The position numbers and the translations under genes are program-made. Source: an uncultured Lentisphaerales bacterium (lineage in GTDB: Bacteria > Verrucomicrobiota > Lentisphaeria > JABSQK01 > UBA12247). Taken from it: a stretch of DNA of 64,000 nt. Under the pieces are notes generated by a model. It saw only the letters and a list, made by a program, of their open reading frames with translations, was not told where the DNA came from and searched no databases. Positions 27,525-37,024 of this stretch are shown one piece after another (positions within the stretch are counted from its first letter, which is position 1; each line of letters begins with the position of its first letter). The stretch is from positions 5,411 to 69,410 of the forward strand of contig CALSSJ010000031.1 in NCBI GenBank assembly GCA_943788985.1, given 5' to 3'.

Positions 27525-28478
27525 TCATTCGATTATAGTAACGGGCGTACCAATGGTCACGAAGTCAAACAATTCCTCAACATCTTCATTGCGCATCCGC
27601 ACGCATCCCAGGCTGGCGGCATTGCCAATACTCTCCGGTTCCCACGTGCCATGAATGCCAAATCCCTTCAACGTCGGATCCGTATCGCCCGTGGGCCTCA
27701 TTCCCATCCACCGCGTACCAAGGACGTTTTCCTTTTCGCCGAATGGAATGATCCGGCCTCCACCAGGATACCAGACAGGTTCTATCTGCTTGTCCTTGAT
27801 CATAAAGGTGCCCACCGGGGTGCGGTCCTGACGTCCCGTCGCGATATCGTACACTTTCACGATACGCTCCCCGTCGAATAGGACGAGGACAAACGCGCTC
27901 TTGCTGACCTCAATCCGCCAGTGCCCCTCGTAAATCTTGAACACCTGATCCGGGTAGATGGTCGGTCGGGTCCGCTCCAGGCCGTTAGAGATCTGCAGCA
28001 TTGCTACGGTCACGTTGTACTGCTGCGCGATTCCGCTCAGGCTCTGACCCGAGCCAACTACGTGTCGCACTTTCTCCGGAAATGGGACATCTGTCATCAC
28101 GATGGTACTCATGATCGTATCTGCGAGGTCGGCAGCCTTGCGCCATGGCCCGGTGTATCGCACCATCGTATCATCCAACAATACATTCTCAGACAAACGC
28201 AGTGCCGAGACCAAGTCACCTTCGTCTAAATGTTGTCGCGCCAGCGCAAGCTTCATTGTCATCTCACCAGAAATCTCGACAGGTGGCGGCAAGGCCGCAG
28301 CAACGCCCTCAATCACTGTGGTCGGAGCTGCCTCGACGCCCAACTCTTCCACAGGTTCAACCACTACACTGCTGATGCTAGTGACCGCGTCGCGGATGGT
28401 ATCTCGGAACATGAAAACACCGCCCCCGATGACTCCAATCAGAAGGATTCCAACCACAGCTTTGGCAAAGGGTGTCAT
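27525..28478 (-). CDS. L,D-transpeptidase (YkuD domain) with LysM domain
   Basis: The ATG at 28478 gives MTPFAKAVVGILLIGVIGGGVF (TM). The LysM domain is HVVGSGQSLSGIAQQYNVTVAMLQISNGL. The YkuD catalytic region is ...FGIHGTWEPESIGNAASLGCVRMRNEDV... Confidence 0.88.
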   Translation of the reverse strand: MTPFAKAVVGILLIGVIGGGVFMFRDTIRDAVTSISSVVVEPVEELGVEAAPTTVIEGVAAALPPPVEISGEMTMKLALARQHLDEGDLVSALRLSENVLLDDTMVRYTGPWRKAADLADTIMSTIVMTDVPFPEKVRHVVGSGQSLSGIAQQYNVTVAMLQISNGLERTRPTIYPDQVFKIYEGHWRIEVSKSAFVLVLFDGERIVKVYDIATGRQDRTPVGTFMIKDKQIEPVWYPGGGRIIPFGEKENVLGTRWMGMRPTGDTDPTLKGFGIHGTWEPESIGNAASLGCVRMRNEDVEELFDFVTIGTPVTIIE

Positions 28479-28596
28479 GCGAACTCCTGGCAACGGGTGT
28501 GCAGCTTTAACTCGGGGCTGTCGCGCCCATCTACAGCAAGGCCACACCGTAACGTGATTGGCCCTCGAATGCAACTGCGGAAACCATTCACGAGGC

Positions 28597-29250
28597 TCAT
28601 AAAAAGTCCCACACCGGCCAGTCGTTCGCCAGCGCAGCATCCCGCAGGGCCGGAGAAGGGTTCACCGCCACCGGATGCCCGATCTGCTCGAGGATCGCGA
28701 TATCCGCCGTACTGTCCCCGTAATACCAAGCATGTTCCCGCGTCGTACGGCGCTCCTCGCAGTAGGCATCCACATACTCCAGCTTGCCCTGCCCTACGCA
28801 ATACGTCCCGTCTACACCGCCGGTAAATCGCCCCGCTTCGTCACGTGCCAGCTCAGTCGCCAACAAATCAATCTCGAGGTATTCCGCGACCGGCGTGGCG
28901 ATCACGCGATTCGTCGCCGTCAACAAGCACACAGTCAGGCCATCAGCCCGCTGCGCAGCGATCCGGCGCTCTGCCTCCATGTACAACTGTGGTTTTGCGA
29001 TCTCCGCAAAATGCTCGCGCGACCAGGCCAGCATCTCATCCCAAGTCTTGCCGCTAAAGTCCCGCAACTGAAATGCGTTGAATAGCTCAACGCGCAGCAC
29101 ACCCTGCTCGTACTCCTCGTAAAACGCGGCCGCCTCATCCAAGTCACCCACCGGCGCATAGCCGCGACTGACCAGAAAGGTCTTCCAAGAGACGTCACAA
29201 TCATTATTCAGGACCGTATGGTCCATATCCCAAAAATGAATCTCGCTCAT
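28597..29250 (-). CDS. HAD-IB family hydrolase (phosphoserine phosphatase-like)
   Basis: The ATG at 29250 gives MSEIHFWDMDHTVLNNDCD (DxDxT). Also ...LLTATN... and ...YYGDSTADIAIL... There is a 4-nt overlap with the upstream gene. Confidence 0.8.
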   Translation of the reverse strand: MSEIHFWDMDHTVLNNDCDVSWKTFLVSRGYAPVGDLDEAAAFYEEYEQGVLRVELFNAFQLRDFSGKTWDEMLAWSREHFAEIAKPQLYMEAERRIAAQRADGLTVCLLTATNRVIATPVAEYLEIDLLATELARDEAGRFTGGVDGTYCVGQGKLEYVDAYCEERRTTREHAWYYGDSTADIAILEQIGHPVAVNPSPALRDAALANDWPVWDFL

Positions 29251-29822
29251 CCGCGCTCGACCACTGCGCCGGAAATGGTGTACGACTTGCCGCATTCGCA
29301 GCGACTTGCCCCGTTTACGAACTCCGGAATTTTGAGCCCGCACTCGCACATCCAGCCCGTGTGACGCCCGGGCACTCCCATCATCAGCGCATAGTCTGGC
29401 ACATCACGCGTAATCACCGAGCCAGCCCCGATAAAGGCAAAGCGCCCAATCGTGATGCCACAGACGATCGTGCAGTTGGCGCCGAGCGTCGCGCCCTGCC
29501 GCACCAGCGTCTGCCGCAACTCGTCCATGCGTGGCACGGCGCTGCGCGGATTAAAGACGTTCGTGAACACCATCGACGGGCCGCAGAAAACGTCGTTTTC
29601 AAGATGCACGCCTTCGTACACGGAGACGTTGTTCTGGATCTTGCAGCGATCTCCGACAACCGCGCGAGGTCCGATCACCACATTCTGCCCAATCCGGCAG
29701 TCGATCCCAATCTCCGTCCCAGGCATGACGTGCGAGACGTGCCAGATCGTGGTCCCGTCACCAATCGTCACCCCGTCATCAATGAACGCTGATTCGTGCG
29801 CAAAATAGCTATTCGTTCCCAC
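29247..29822 (-). CDS. Left-handed beta-helix (hexapeptide-repeat) sugar N-acetyltransferase, WbpD/WlbB-like
   Basis: FAHESAFIDDGVTIGDGTTIWHVSHVMPGTEIGIDCRIGQNVVIGPRAVVGDRCKIQNNVSVYEGV... shows regular hexapeptide repeats. Length 191 aa. Confidence 0.8.
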   Translation of the reverse strand: MGTNSYFAHESAFIDDGVTIGDGTTIWHVSHVMPGTEIGIDCRIGQNVVIGPRAVVGDRCKIQNNVSVYEGVHLENDVFCGPSMVFTNVFNPRSAVPRMDELRQTLVRQGATLGANCTIVCGITIGRFAFIGAGSVITRDVPDYALMMGVPGRHTGWMCECGLKIPEFVNGASRCECGKSYTISGAVVERG

Positions 29823-30198
29823 AAGTGCTCTCCTCGTGCGGCTCTCTGTTTGGTGCCAGGCGCATGCTCAGTTTGATCGCCGGGCACTCCTTTTCAAACC
29901 CATCGAAGCGCCACTGATTCGGAAACCCATGGCACTGGGCCGGTTTGGCCTCTTGAATGCGGCACCGATTCGGCTCTTCAAAAAACTCGCAGGCCCCATC
30001 CGCACCGTCGCGTAACGAGAGGCCCCGGCGATCCGGGGACAGCTCCGTGTGCTCGTCGATAAAGTCTTGCTCTGCCAACTCCAGAAATCCCGCGGCTCGT
30101 GTGACATCCGCGTCAGTCAGCCGCACTTGCCCCGGCCAACGGCAGCAATTTCCGCAACGCGTGCAAACCCACACTGTCTGTTCTTTAGGCAGCTGCAC
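29809..30198 (-). CDS. YkgJ-family (UPF0153) cysteine-cluster protein
   Basis: The cysteine cluster CTRCGNCCRWPG...C..F...CRI...P.QC is characteristic of the CxxCxxCC zinc/iron-chelating domain. Length 129 aa. Confidence 0.75.
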   Translation of the reverse strand: MQLPKEQTVWVCTRCGNCCRWPGQVRLTDADVTRAAGFLELAEQDFIDEHTELSPDRRGLSLRDGADGACEFFEEPNRCRIQEAKPAQCHGFPNQWRFDGFEKECPAIKLSMRLAPNREPHEESTCGNE

Positions 30199-30341
30199 CT
30201 AGATTTCCTCTCCTGTGTCGTCAGATGGGGGTAAACCTACACCGCAGCGACTGGAGCGCAGTGCCTCCCGGATTGTAATTGTAATTCCATGCCATTCCGC
30301 TATGGTCCGACGCTCATGATTCTTGTTGACTGGAGTGTCCT

Positions 30342-31412
30342 ATGAAACGTTACCTACTTGTCTTGCTGGTGATCGCGGGAACCGCGCATGCCAAAATTCC
30401 TGGCGATAAGCAGCTCGCTTTCGCGGAATATCTCGCCGAACAGAATGAGCCTGATGCCGCGCTCATCGAGTACCATCGCTTCCTGTTCTTCTACCCCAAT
30501 CATCCGAAAGCCGCGGATTCTCTCTATGAGATGTCTAGGCTGCTGTTGACGGTACGCAATGATATCCCCGCCGCACGCATGATCCTCGAACGGCTGGTCG
30601 CAGACTTCCCGGGTGCCGAGGTCGGTGTCGCCGCCAAGACGTTCCTTGATTTCGTCAGTAGCCATTCAGACTTCAAAGGCGAGCCACTGTTTCGCTGGCT
30701 GACGGCCAAAACCCAGGCCACCAATGCCCAGTATGCCAAAGCCGCAGAGGGCTACAGGCTTGTCGCCCTTGATTTTCCCCGGGCAAAAATCACGCACGAC
30801 GCCCTGTACCGTCACGCCATGCTCCTGCTGGTGCACCTGAAAAAGTTCAACGATGCCGAGGTATCCTTCAGCACCATCGTCAATAATTTTCCGCGGAGCA
30901 AGTGGGCTCCTCACGCATACCTTGGCCTGGCGCGCGTCGTCGAGGCGACCGAAGGCCCCGGGAGCGAGGCCCTCAAATCCTACCGCGCTGTCATGGCTAG
31001 ATTCCCAGGCACTCCGGTAGCCGAGGAAGCGCTCGCTCGTGCCACGGCGATCGAGAAGAGTCACAACGCGATCCCACGCCACTTCAAGGATTCGGAGGCA
31101 GTGAAATACCGAATCGTTTCGACTAGGCCCGACGAAAAAAACTTCATCGTCTTCATCGAATTCGCTGGCTCCGGCACGCCAAATGCACGCCAGATTCAGG
31201 CCACCTTGGAACACGCACTTGCACGAACTGCTGGCCAGCGCCCCAAGAATCACCTCTCAGTCCGGGTCCGCGCCTATTTCCGGTACCCGTTCACCGAAGC
31301 CGGTTCCGTGGATTGGAAGCCCGGCCAGGGCGACCCGACCTACAACGTAATTCAGCGCAAAAATGAAGACGTTCTCAAGGACGCTCTGTTCGACCTACTC
31401 AAGTCACGCTGA
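30342..31412 (+). CDS. Secreted TPR/YbgF-like repeat protein
   Basis: Signal peptide MKRYLLVLLVIAGTAHA. It has repeated ...FP.s..a..Aly... helical-repeat units, for example FFYPNHPKAADSLYEMSRL, DFPRAKITHDALYRHAML and NFPRSKWAPHAYLGLARV. Confidence 0.65.
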   Translation: MKRYLLVLLVIAGTAHAKIPGDKQLAFAEYLAEQNEPDAALIEYHRFLFFYPNHPKAADSLYEMSRLLLTVRNDIPAARMILERLVADFPGAEVGVAAKTFLDFVSSHSDFKGEPLFRWLTAKTQATNAQYAKAAEGYRLVALDFPRAKITHDALYRHAMLLLVHLKKFNDAEVSFSTIVNNFPRSKWAPHAYLGLARVVEATEGPGSEALKSYRAVMARFPGTPVAEEALARATAIEKSHNAIPRHFKDSEAVKYRIVSTRPDEKNFIVFIEFAGSGTPNARQIQATLEHALARTAGQRPKNHLSVRVRAYFRYPFTEAGSVDWKPGQGDPTYNVIQRKNEDVLKDALFDLLKSR

Positions 31413-31524
31413 TCGCTGCGGACTCGGCAGATCCCACCGGGCCGTCCGCCAGGCAGCGAGCAATGCGCACGGACACCCTATCACATTCTACTGTTAGAAA
31501 TCAACCAACGGACACGTTCTATTC

Positions 31525-33339
31525 ATGAGCACTCAGGAGAAAGACTCGCAGCTGTACCGGCTGCGCCACTCCCTAGCACACATGCTGGCGCAAGCTGTTT
31601 TACAGATCCGCCCCGATGCAAAAATGGGCTTTGGCCCGCCCGTCGAAAATGGCTTCTACTATGATTTCGACTTCGGCGATCAACCGATCGTCGAGACCGA
31701 CCTGAAGGACCTGCAGAAGCGGATGCTGAAGATCGCCAAGCAGAAGCAGGAATTTGTCCAAGACACACGCTCGCTGGCCGACGCTGAGACCTTCATGGCG
31801 GCCACCGACCAGTCCTATAAAATTGAGTACGCCCGAGAGCTCGTCGAGACCGGCAAGGCCAAAGACGGACTTGGTTTCTACACTAACGGTCCATTCACGG
31901 ACATGTGCGAAGGCCCGCATCTCGAGCATACCGGGCAGGTCAAGAAGGGGTCCTTCAAGCTCGATTCCATCGCTGGCAGCTACTGGCGGGGCGACGAGAA
32001 GCGGCCCATGCTTACCCGGATCTACGGGCTGGCCTTCGAGTCTTCTGAGGACTTGAAAGACTACCAAGAACGGCGACGCCTCGCAGAGCAGCGCGAACAT
32101 CGCAAACTTGGCGCACAGCTAGACATTTTCGTCTTGGACGACGAGATCGGATCCGGCCTTCCGCTCTGGCTGCCGAACGGCACAATCATTCGCGATGAGC
32201 TCGAGAAATGGGCCTGCGAGCAAGAGTTTCGCTACGGCTACCAGCGCGTCGCCACCCCTGCGATCACCAAGGCTGGACTCTATGAGCGCTCCGGGCATCT
32301 CCCGCTGTACGAGGAGGACATGTTCCCCCCCATGGTCTGCGACGATGATGAGAAATACTATCTCAAGCCCATGAACTGCCCTCACCATCACAAGATCTAC
32401 GCGGCGCGCCCTCGCAGCTACCGGGATCTGCCCCTGCGCCTCGCCGAGTACGGCTATAACTTCCGCTATGAGCGACGTGGCTCGCTAGCCGGACTGCTTC
32501 GTGTGCGAGCCATGTGCATGAACGATGCCCACATCTACTGCCAGCCAGACCAGATCGAAGACGAGTTTCGCGCTGTGATCAAGATGTACCGCGAGTACTA
32601 CGATCATCTTCGCCTCGGTGACTTTCGCTGCCGGCTTTCCCTTCATGACCCGGACTCAGACAAGTTCATGGGCAAGAAGGAAGACTGGGAGCACACGGAG
32701 GCCATTGTCCGCAAGATCTTGGTCGAAGCAGACATCGAGTTCGAAGAAGAGCGCGGCCAGGCCGCCTTCTATGGCCCGAAGATGGACATTCAGGTCAAGA
32801 ACATCCTCGGCCGTGAGGAGACCCTCTCTACCTGTCAGTTGGACTTTGTCGTCCCCGAACGATTCGGCCTCACCTACACCGCCCAAGATGGCAGTGAATG
32901 CGAGCCATACATCGTCCATCGGGCACCACTGAGCACGCACGAACGCCTGATTTCATTCCTCATTGAGTTCTACGGCGGTGCCTTTCCAACTTGGATGGCC
33001 CCGAATCAGGTCTGCGTGATTCCGGTAAGTGTCGAGCAATTCGGTGACTACGCCCACGGGATCCGCGAGACTCTCACTCACAAGCTCCTTCGTTGCAACG
33101 TAGATGACAGCTCGGATTCGCTGAACAAGCGCATCCGCCGGGCGGTCACCAGCAAGGTGCCGAACATCTGGATCGTGGGTGGTGAGGAAGTCGAGAACAA
33201 CACCATCACTTGGCGACGATACGCAGTTCGCGAGCAGCTCACCGTTTCCCGTGACATCGCCATCGATGCCCTCGGGGCGATGGTTCAACAGCGCTTGATG
33301 GATAACTTCGAGGACGTGGCCCTGCCGCTCCCAGAATGA
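31525..33339 (+). CDS. thrS: Threonine--tRNA ligase (lacking the N-terminal TGS domain)
   Basis: Begins ...LYRLRHSLAHMLAQAV... (editing-domain His motif). Class II motifs include ...KPMNCPHHHKIY..., ...RVRAMCMNDAHIY... and ...FYGPKMD... An anticodon-binding C-terminus is present. Length 604 aa. Confidence 0.93.
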   Translation: MSTQEKDSQLYRLRHSLAHMLAQAVLQIRPDAKMGFGPPVENGFYYDFDFGDQPIVETDLKDLQKRMLKIAKQKQEFVQDTRSLADAETFMAATDQSYKIEYARELVETGKAKDGLGFYTNGPFTDMCEGPHLEHTGQVKKGSFKLDSIAGSYWRGDEKRPMLTRIYGLAFESSEDLKDYQERRRLAEQREHRKLGAQLDIFVLDDEIGSGLPLWLPNGTIIRDELEKWACEQEFRYGYQRVATPAITKAGLYERSGHLPLYEEDMFPPMVCDDDEKYYLKPMNCPHHHKIYAARPRSYRDLPLRLAEYGYNFRYERRGSLAGLLRVRAMCMNDAHIYCQPDQIEDEFRAVIKMYREYYDHLRLGDFRCRLSLHDPDSDKFMGKKEDWEHTEAIVRKILVEADIEFEEERGQAAFYGPKMDIQVKNILGREETLSTCQLDFVVPERFGLTYTAQDGSECEPYIVHRAPLSTHERLISFLIEFYGGAFPTWMAPNQVCVIPVSVEQFGDYAHGIRETLTHKLLRCNVDDSSDSLNKRIRRAVTSKVPNIWIVGGEEVENNTITWRRYAVREQLTVSRDIAIDALGAMVQQRLMDNFEDVALPLPE

Positions 33340-33890
33340 CACCAATCACGCTTACTATCGTAAGTCTGGCAGGCGCAATCCTGCTGGGCTTTCTCGGAGG
33401 CTGGCTGCTGGGCAGGCACGTTGGGCCACGCAAACCCATGTGGTTTGCCATCTCCACAATCCTACTCGTGCTGGGTGCCGGCCTTGTCTACGTCAACAGC
33501 GGTCTGATTCTGGACGGCTTCGCCCGCAAGTCTTGGCCACATGTCGACGGCCTCGCAGTCACCGTCGAGGTTCAGGACACCTCCCCGCATGTGGTCTACG
33601 AATACCACGTAGAAGACGTGCGCTACGAAGGAACAAGCGATCTCCAGACGCCACACTTTGGCTTTCGCACGAACCAGCGGGATACCGCCCAGAAAGTTGC
33701 CGCGCAAGTGCGGGAAGCCGATGCGCTCCGCGTGTTCTACGACCCAGATCAACCAGCGACCTCCTACCTGATTCCCGGCCCCCGCTACCATGATTTTCTG
33801 CGCTACTCAGTGGGTGCATTGATCCTTGTGGTCGCTGGCCTTATTCTCGCGCGCCAGCTGCGCCGCGATGGTTCAGCTGGCCAAGGCTGA
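33336..33890 (+). CDS. DUF3592-like membrane protein
   Basis: Two N-terminal TM helices, the core ...VVYEYHVEDVRYEGTS...LRVFYDPDQPATSYL..., and a C-terminal TM helix. ATGA overlap with the thrS stop. Confidence 0.65.
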   Translation: MTPITLTIVSLAGAILLGFLGGWLLGRHVGPRKPMWFAISTILLVLGAGLVYVNSGLILDGFARKSWPHVDGLAVTVEVQDTSPHVVYEYHVEDVRYEGTSDLQTPHFGFRTNQRDTAQKVAAQVREADALRVFYDPDQPATSYLIPGPRYHDFLRYSVGALILVVAGLILARQLRRDGSAGQG

Positions 33891-33932
33891 ATCCGCAGGT
33901 TATTAGCCGCCGTTCCGCGGTTATCCCTGCGC

Positions 33933-35366
33933 ATGCAGACTGAAGAGACATCCGCCGACTGGCAAAGGTATTTGGGGCCACGTGGCATCCCCCAAGCGCT
34001 GTGTACACTCTCGAATGGACAGGCCTGGCTTTTGCTCCTCTTCCTGGCTGGGCTGGCCGCCTGCCTCTTCCTGAACTGGCGCGACACGCTGATCTACGGA
34101 AACGCCGTAATTACCGCCTTTTTCCTGATCGCCACTCTCTATCGCTTTCACCTGCTCGACCTTTCTTTGCGGCGCAAGCGCGAGATTGTGCTCGAAACTG
34201 GTGAACTGGTCGAACCGGAGGGGGGCTGGCCGCACTACGTCGTCCAAGTCCCGCTCTATCACGAGCCCCATGCGCTGCGGCGCATCGTCCGCGCCCTGAC
34301 CAAACTCGATTACCCGACCGATCGGCTGACGATCCAGCTACTGATCGAGGACGATGATGAAGACACCAAAGGCGCCTTCGAGGGAGTTACCCTCGCCAGC
34401 CAGTTCAAGATCGTCCGCATCCCCGTTTGCGAACCTCGCACCAAGCCAAAGGCCTGCAATGTCGGTCTAGCGGAAGCTGAAGGCGAGTTCCTCGTTATCT
34501 TTGACGCCGAGGATCGCCCAGATCCTGATCAACTCAAAAAGGCGGTAATCGCCTTTGGCCAGTCGTCCGAGAAGACCGGCTGCATCCAAGCCAAGCTCAG
34601 CTTCTACAACAGCCGCCAAAACTTGCTCACGCGGCTCTTTACTGCGGACTACGCACTGTGGTTCAACCTCTGCCTCCCCGCCTTGGACTACCGCAACGCT
34701 CCCGTCCCACTCGGCGGCACCTCGAATCACTTCCGACTCGACATCCTGAAGGAGATGCAAGGCTGGGACGAGTACAATGTCACCGAGGACTGTGACCTCG
34801 GCATTCGCCTCGCAATCGCAGGCTGGCAGACGCGAATCATGGATTCCACAACCTGGGAAGAAGCCTGTCCGCGATTCGGCGCCTGGACTCGCCAACGCTC
34901 TCGCTGGGTAAAAGGCTACCTCCAGACCTATCTCGTGCACATGCGCTCTCCGCTACACATGACACGCAAGCTCGGCCTGGGCCGCAGCCTACACGTCCAT
35001 CTGCTAATCGGCGGTTCAGTACTCACCCAGTTGCTCAGCCTCGTCTACTGGATCATGGTGCTGGCCTGGCTGATCGCCCATGCCCCTAACGGCCTCGATC
35101 CCGCCTGGCTCGCCACCTACTTTCCCGGTCCCGTCTTCGCCATGGGCGCCTTCTGCCTGTTCGTCGGAAACTTCCTCTTCGCCTACTACTGTGGCATCGC
35201 CTGCGTCGTGCGTGGCATGGGCCACATCGTGCCTGCCTGCTGGTTGATGCCCCTCTACTGGATGGTGATGTCATACGCAGCCTGGAAAGGCGCCCTGCAA
35301 CTCATCTGGCGCCCCCATTACTGGGAGAAAACCATGCATTTCGACACCGGAGAGAACGCCCCGTGA
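33933..35366 (+). CDS. Integral-membrane processive family-2 glycosyltransferase (polysaccharide synthase-like)
   Basis: N-terminal TMs, then ...VVQVPLYHEPHAL..., ...LIEDDDEDT..., ...VIFDAEDRPDPDQL..., ...TEDCDLG... and a QxxRW motif (TRQRSRWVKG). Several C-terminal TM helices follow. Confidence 0.82.
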   Translation: MQTEETSADWQRYLGPRGIPQALCTLSNGQAWLLLLFLAGLAACLFLNWRDTLIYGNAVITAFFLIATLYRFHLLDLSLRRKREIVLETGELVEPEGGWPHYVVQVPLYHEPHALRRIVRALTKLDYPTDRLTIQLLIEDDDEDTKGAFEGVTLASQFKIVRIPVCEPRTKPKACNVGLAEAEGEFLVIFDAEDRPDPDQLKKAVIAFGQSSEKTGCIQAKLSFYNSRQNLLTRLFTADYALWFNLCLPALDYRNAPVPLGGTSNHFRLDILKEMQGWDEYNVTEDCDLGIRLAIAGWQTRIMDSTTWEEACPRFGAWTRQRSRWVKGYLQTYLVHMRSPLHMTRKLGLGRSLHVHLLIGGSVLTQLLSLVYWIMVLAWLIAHAPNGLDPAWLATYFPGPVFAMGAFCLFVGNFLFAYYCGIACVVRGMGHIVPACWLMPLYWMVMSYAAWKGALQLIWRPHYWEKTMHFDTGENAP

Positions 35367-35692
35367 ATATCCGAATCCTGATCCTATTCCTGCTCCTTAT
35401 CCCTGCGCTATCCTGGGGGCAAACAGAAGCCAAAGAAAAACCCTTCCGGCTCGAGCGCAAAACAGACGGGAAGCTGTTTCTAAAATGCGAGCTCCTGCTC
35501 CTAGAGGACGAAGCGGTGATTGTTCGCTTCGAGCGCTCCAAGTTTGCGAAGATCGCACTCGCCAACCTGAGCGATGCATCACTCAAGCAGCTCGATCTCG
35601 ATCCTGCGGACTTCGCAGAAGAGCCCATCGCGGACGGCGTAAAAAAGAAGAAGAATGGGAAAAACAAGAAGAACAGAAATCCGCCCAAATGA
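35363..35692 (+). CDS. Small secreted protein, SHD1-like core with Lys-rich tail
   Basis: Signal peptide MNIRILILFLLLIPALSWG. Then ...EAVIVRFERSKFAKIALANLSDASLKQL... (SHD1-like) and a C-terminal KKKKNGKNKKNRNPPK. 4-nt overlaps on both sides. Confidence 0.55.
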   Translation: MNIRILILFLLLIPALSWGQTEAKEKPFRLERKTDGKLFLKCELLLLEDEAVIVRFERSKFAKIALANLSDASLKQLDLDPADFAEEPIADGVKKKKNGKNKKNRNPPK

Positions 35693-36657
35693 ATGCGGAA
35701 CAGCCGCCGGAATCGGGACGCTGGCGGCGGTCCCCGATCTGGCGCGCCATCGCCGCCATTCTCATCTGCTGGGGAGCAGTGAGCGCAGCCAGAACCGCCG
35801 CGCGCTACCTTCCGACACGGACCAAGCACACCATTCGCCGTTACATCCCCGACTATCTCTTGAGCCCACAAGCCCTCTCCTTCTCCGTCCTGCCCGGTCC
35901 GGCCAGAGATCTGGTCACGCCCGCCCCCACCGGTCCGGCCATTCACCTGCTCCCCACGCACTCAGACGAACTCCAACGCTGGGCTGATGTTGCTGGCAAC
36001 TACTACTCAGCCAGCTTCCGCACCGCCTTTTCCTACGATAATTCGAACGTCTCCATCGTCTTTAACCAAGGCCAACAAGCCACGCTTGCCGGTCAGCTCA
36101 ACGCTACCGGGCTCAAGCCCAATTTCGTCTATCAGATCAAGCTCCTCGGCGACTTCACGCGCGATCCCGAGAACGCCGAGCGCATCGGAAAAATTGGTCG
36201 CTGGCGCCTCCCCGGCGAGGGCACAAACTACACCGACACCGACTTTGCGGAGTTCGCAGACAAGCACTTGGTCGAGGCCTATGTCTTCTTCGACTTCTTC
36301 ATCACGGATGCTCAAGGCAATGCCCAGCGCTCCTTTGCCCTAGACCACAGCCTCCACGTCCTCTGGAACCGAGATCGCCAGATCTCAGACATCCCGCTCA
36401 CGCACTGCGTCGCGCACACTGTCGACGCCACCAATCCACAGGTTTATGCAGTTCCGAAGCAGGACGCCACCACCGAGTACATCTTCGCCGAACGCGAAGC
36501 CGTCCGCTACCAAGCAGACGTCCCGGTCCAGCTCCCCGTCGGGAACTATCAGGCCTTCCTCAATCTCACCGAAGAGAGCTTCCACTCCAGCGATCGCGAC
36601 GGCGGCTTCTGGGCCACCGTCTTTTCTCAGCCGATCGAGTTCACGATCGCTCGATGA
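35689..36657 (+). CDS. Membrane-anchored hypothetical protein (322 aa)
   Basis: The ATG at 35689 overlaps the upstream TGA. The N-terminal anchor is ...SPIWRAIAAILICWGAVSAA. No family was recognised for the remainder. The ORF-track start at 35485 lies inside the upstream gene in another frame. Confidence 0.55.
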   Translation: MNAEQPPESGRWRRSPIWRAIAAILICWGAVSAARTAARYLPTRTKHTIRRYIPDYLLSPQALSFSVLPGPARDLVTPAPTGPAIHLLPTHSDELQRWADVAGNYYSASFRTAFSYDNSNVSIVFNQGQQATLAGQLNATGLKPNFVYQIKLLGDFTRDPENAERIGKIGRWRLPGEGTNYTDTDFAEFADKHLVEAYVFFDFFITDAQGNAQRSFALDHSLHVLWNRDRQISDIPLTHCVAHTVDATNPQVYAVPKQDATTEYIFAEREAVRYQADVPVQLPVGNYQAFLNLTEESFHSSDRDGGFWATVFSQPIEFTIAR

Positions 36658-36962
36658 CGCCCGGCACCTCCCCCTTCCGGTTCGGCCTGTGCTGTAAATT
36701 TGAGCAAGACCCGAGCATTCGCTTTCGCACCACGACTGCGCGCTACCTGTCGAAGCTCGGACGCGAAGCTGGCTTACAACATCGCGAGGCGCTGGTCAAA
36801 CACAATGCCCAAACGCTCCTGCGGGCAATTCGCGCCTGCCAAGGTTTGGGAATCGGCGCCTTTCGCGTTCCCAGCGGAATCATCCCCCTCGCCACGCATC
36901 CAGACTGGAGGTTCCAACTGGAGCGGCTCACGGACGACGCTGTCCTTGCCCCGATCGAGTAG
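36654..36962 (+). pseudogene. uvdE: UV damage endonuclease UvdE, N-terminal ~100 codons only (truncated at group II intron boundary)
   Basis: ...FRFGLCCKF... and ...GIGAFRVPSGIIPLATHPDWRF... match the UvdE N-terminal region; B. subtilis UvdE, from memory, has ...YRFSSSIVPLATHPD... The frame stops at a TAG contributed by the intron end. The other ~200 codons are not found anywhere in the window. Confidence 0.7.
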
Positions 36963-37023
36963 GAGGCCCCCTCTCGGGGGCCGTCCTCTCACAGAACCGT
37001 ACGTAGGGGTCCCTATACGGCTC
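36954..37023 (-). ncRNA. Group II intron domains V and VI
   Basis: DV lies at 36994-37023 and carries the AGC triad (gAGCcg) and the ACGUACGGUUC 3' strand. DVI is GAGGAC-GGCCCCC-GAGA-GGGGGCC-TCCT(A)CTC with its bulged A at plus coordinate 36960. The intron ends in AT. Confidence 0.75.
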
Positions 37024-37024
37024 C

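Noticed and set aside
26118-27881. 587-aa plus-strand ORF, one of the longest in the window
   Set aside because: It is antisense to the well-supported kinase and L,D-transpeptidase genes. Its sequence is Arg/Leu/His/Gln-rich with no recognisable motifs. It is the typical shadow ORF of GC-rich DNA.
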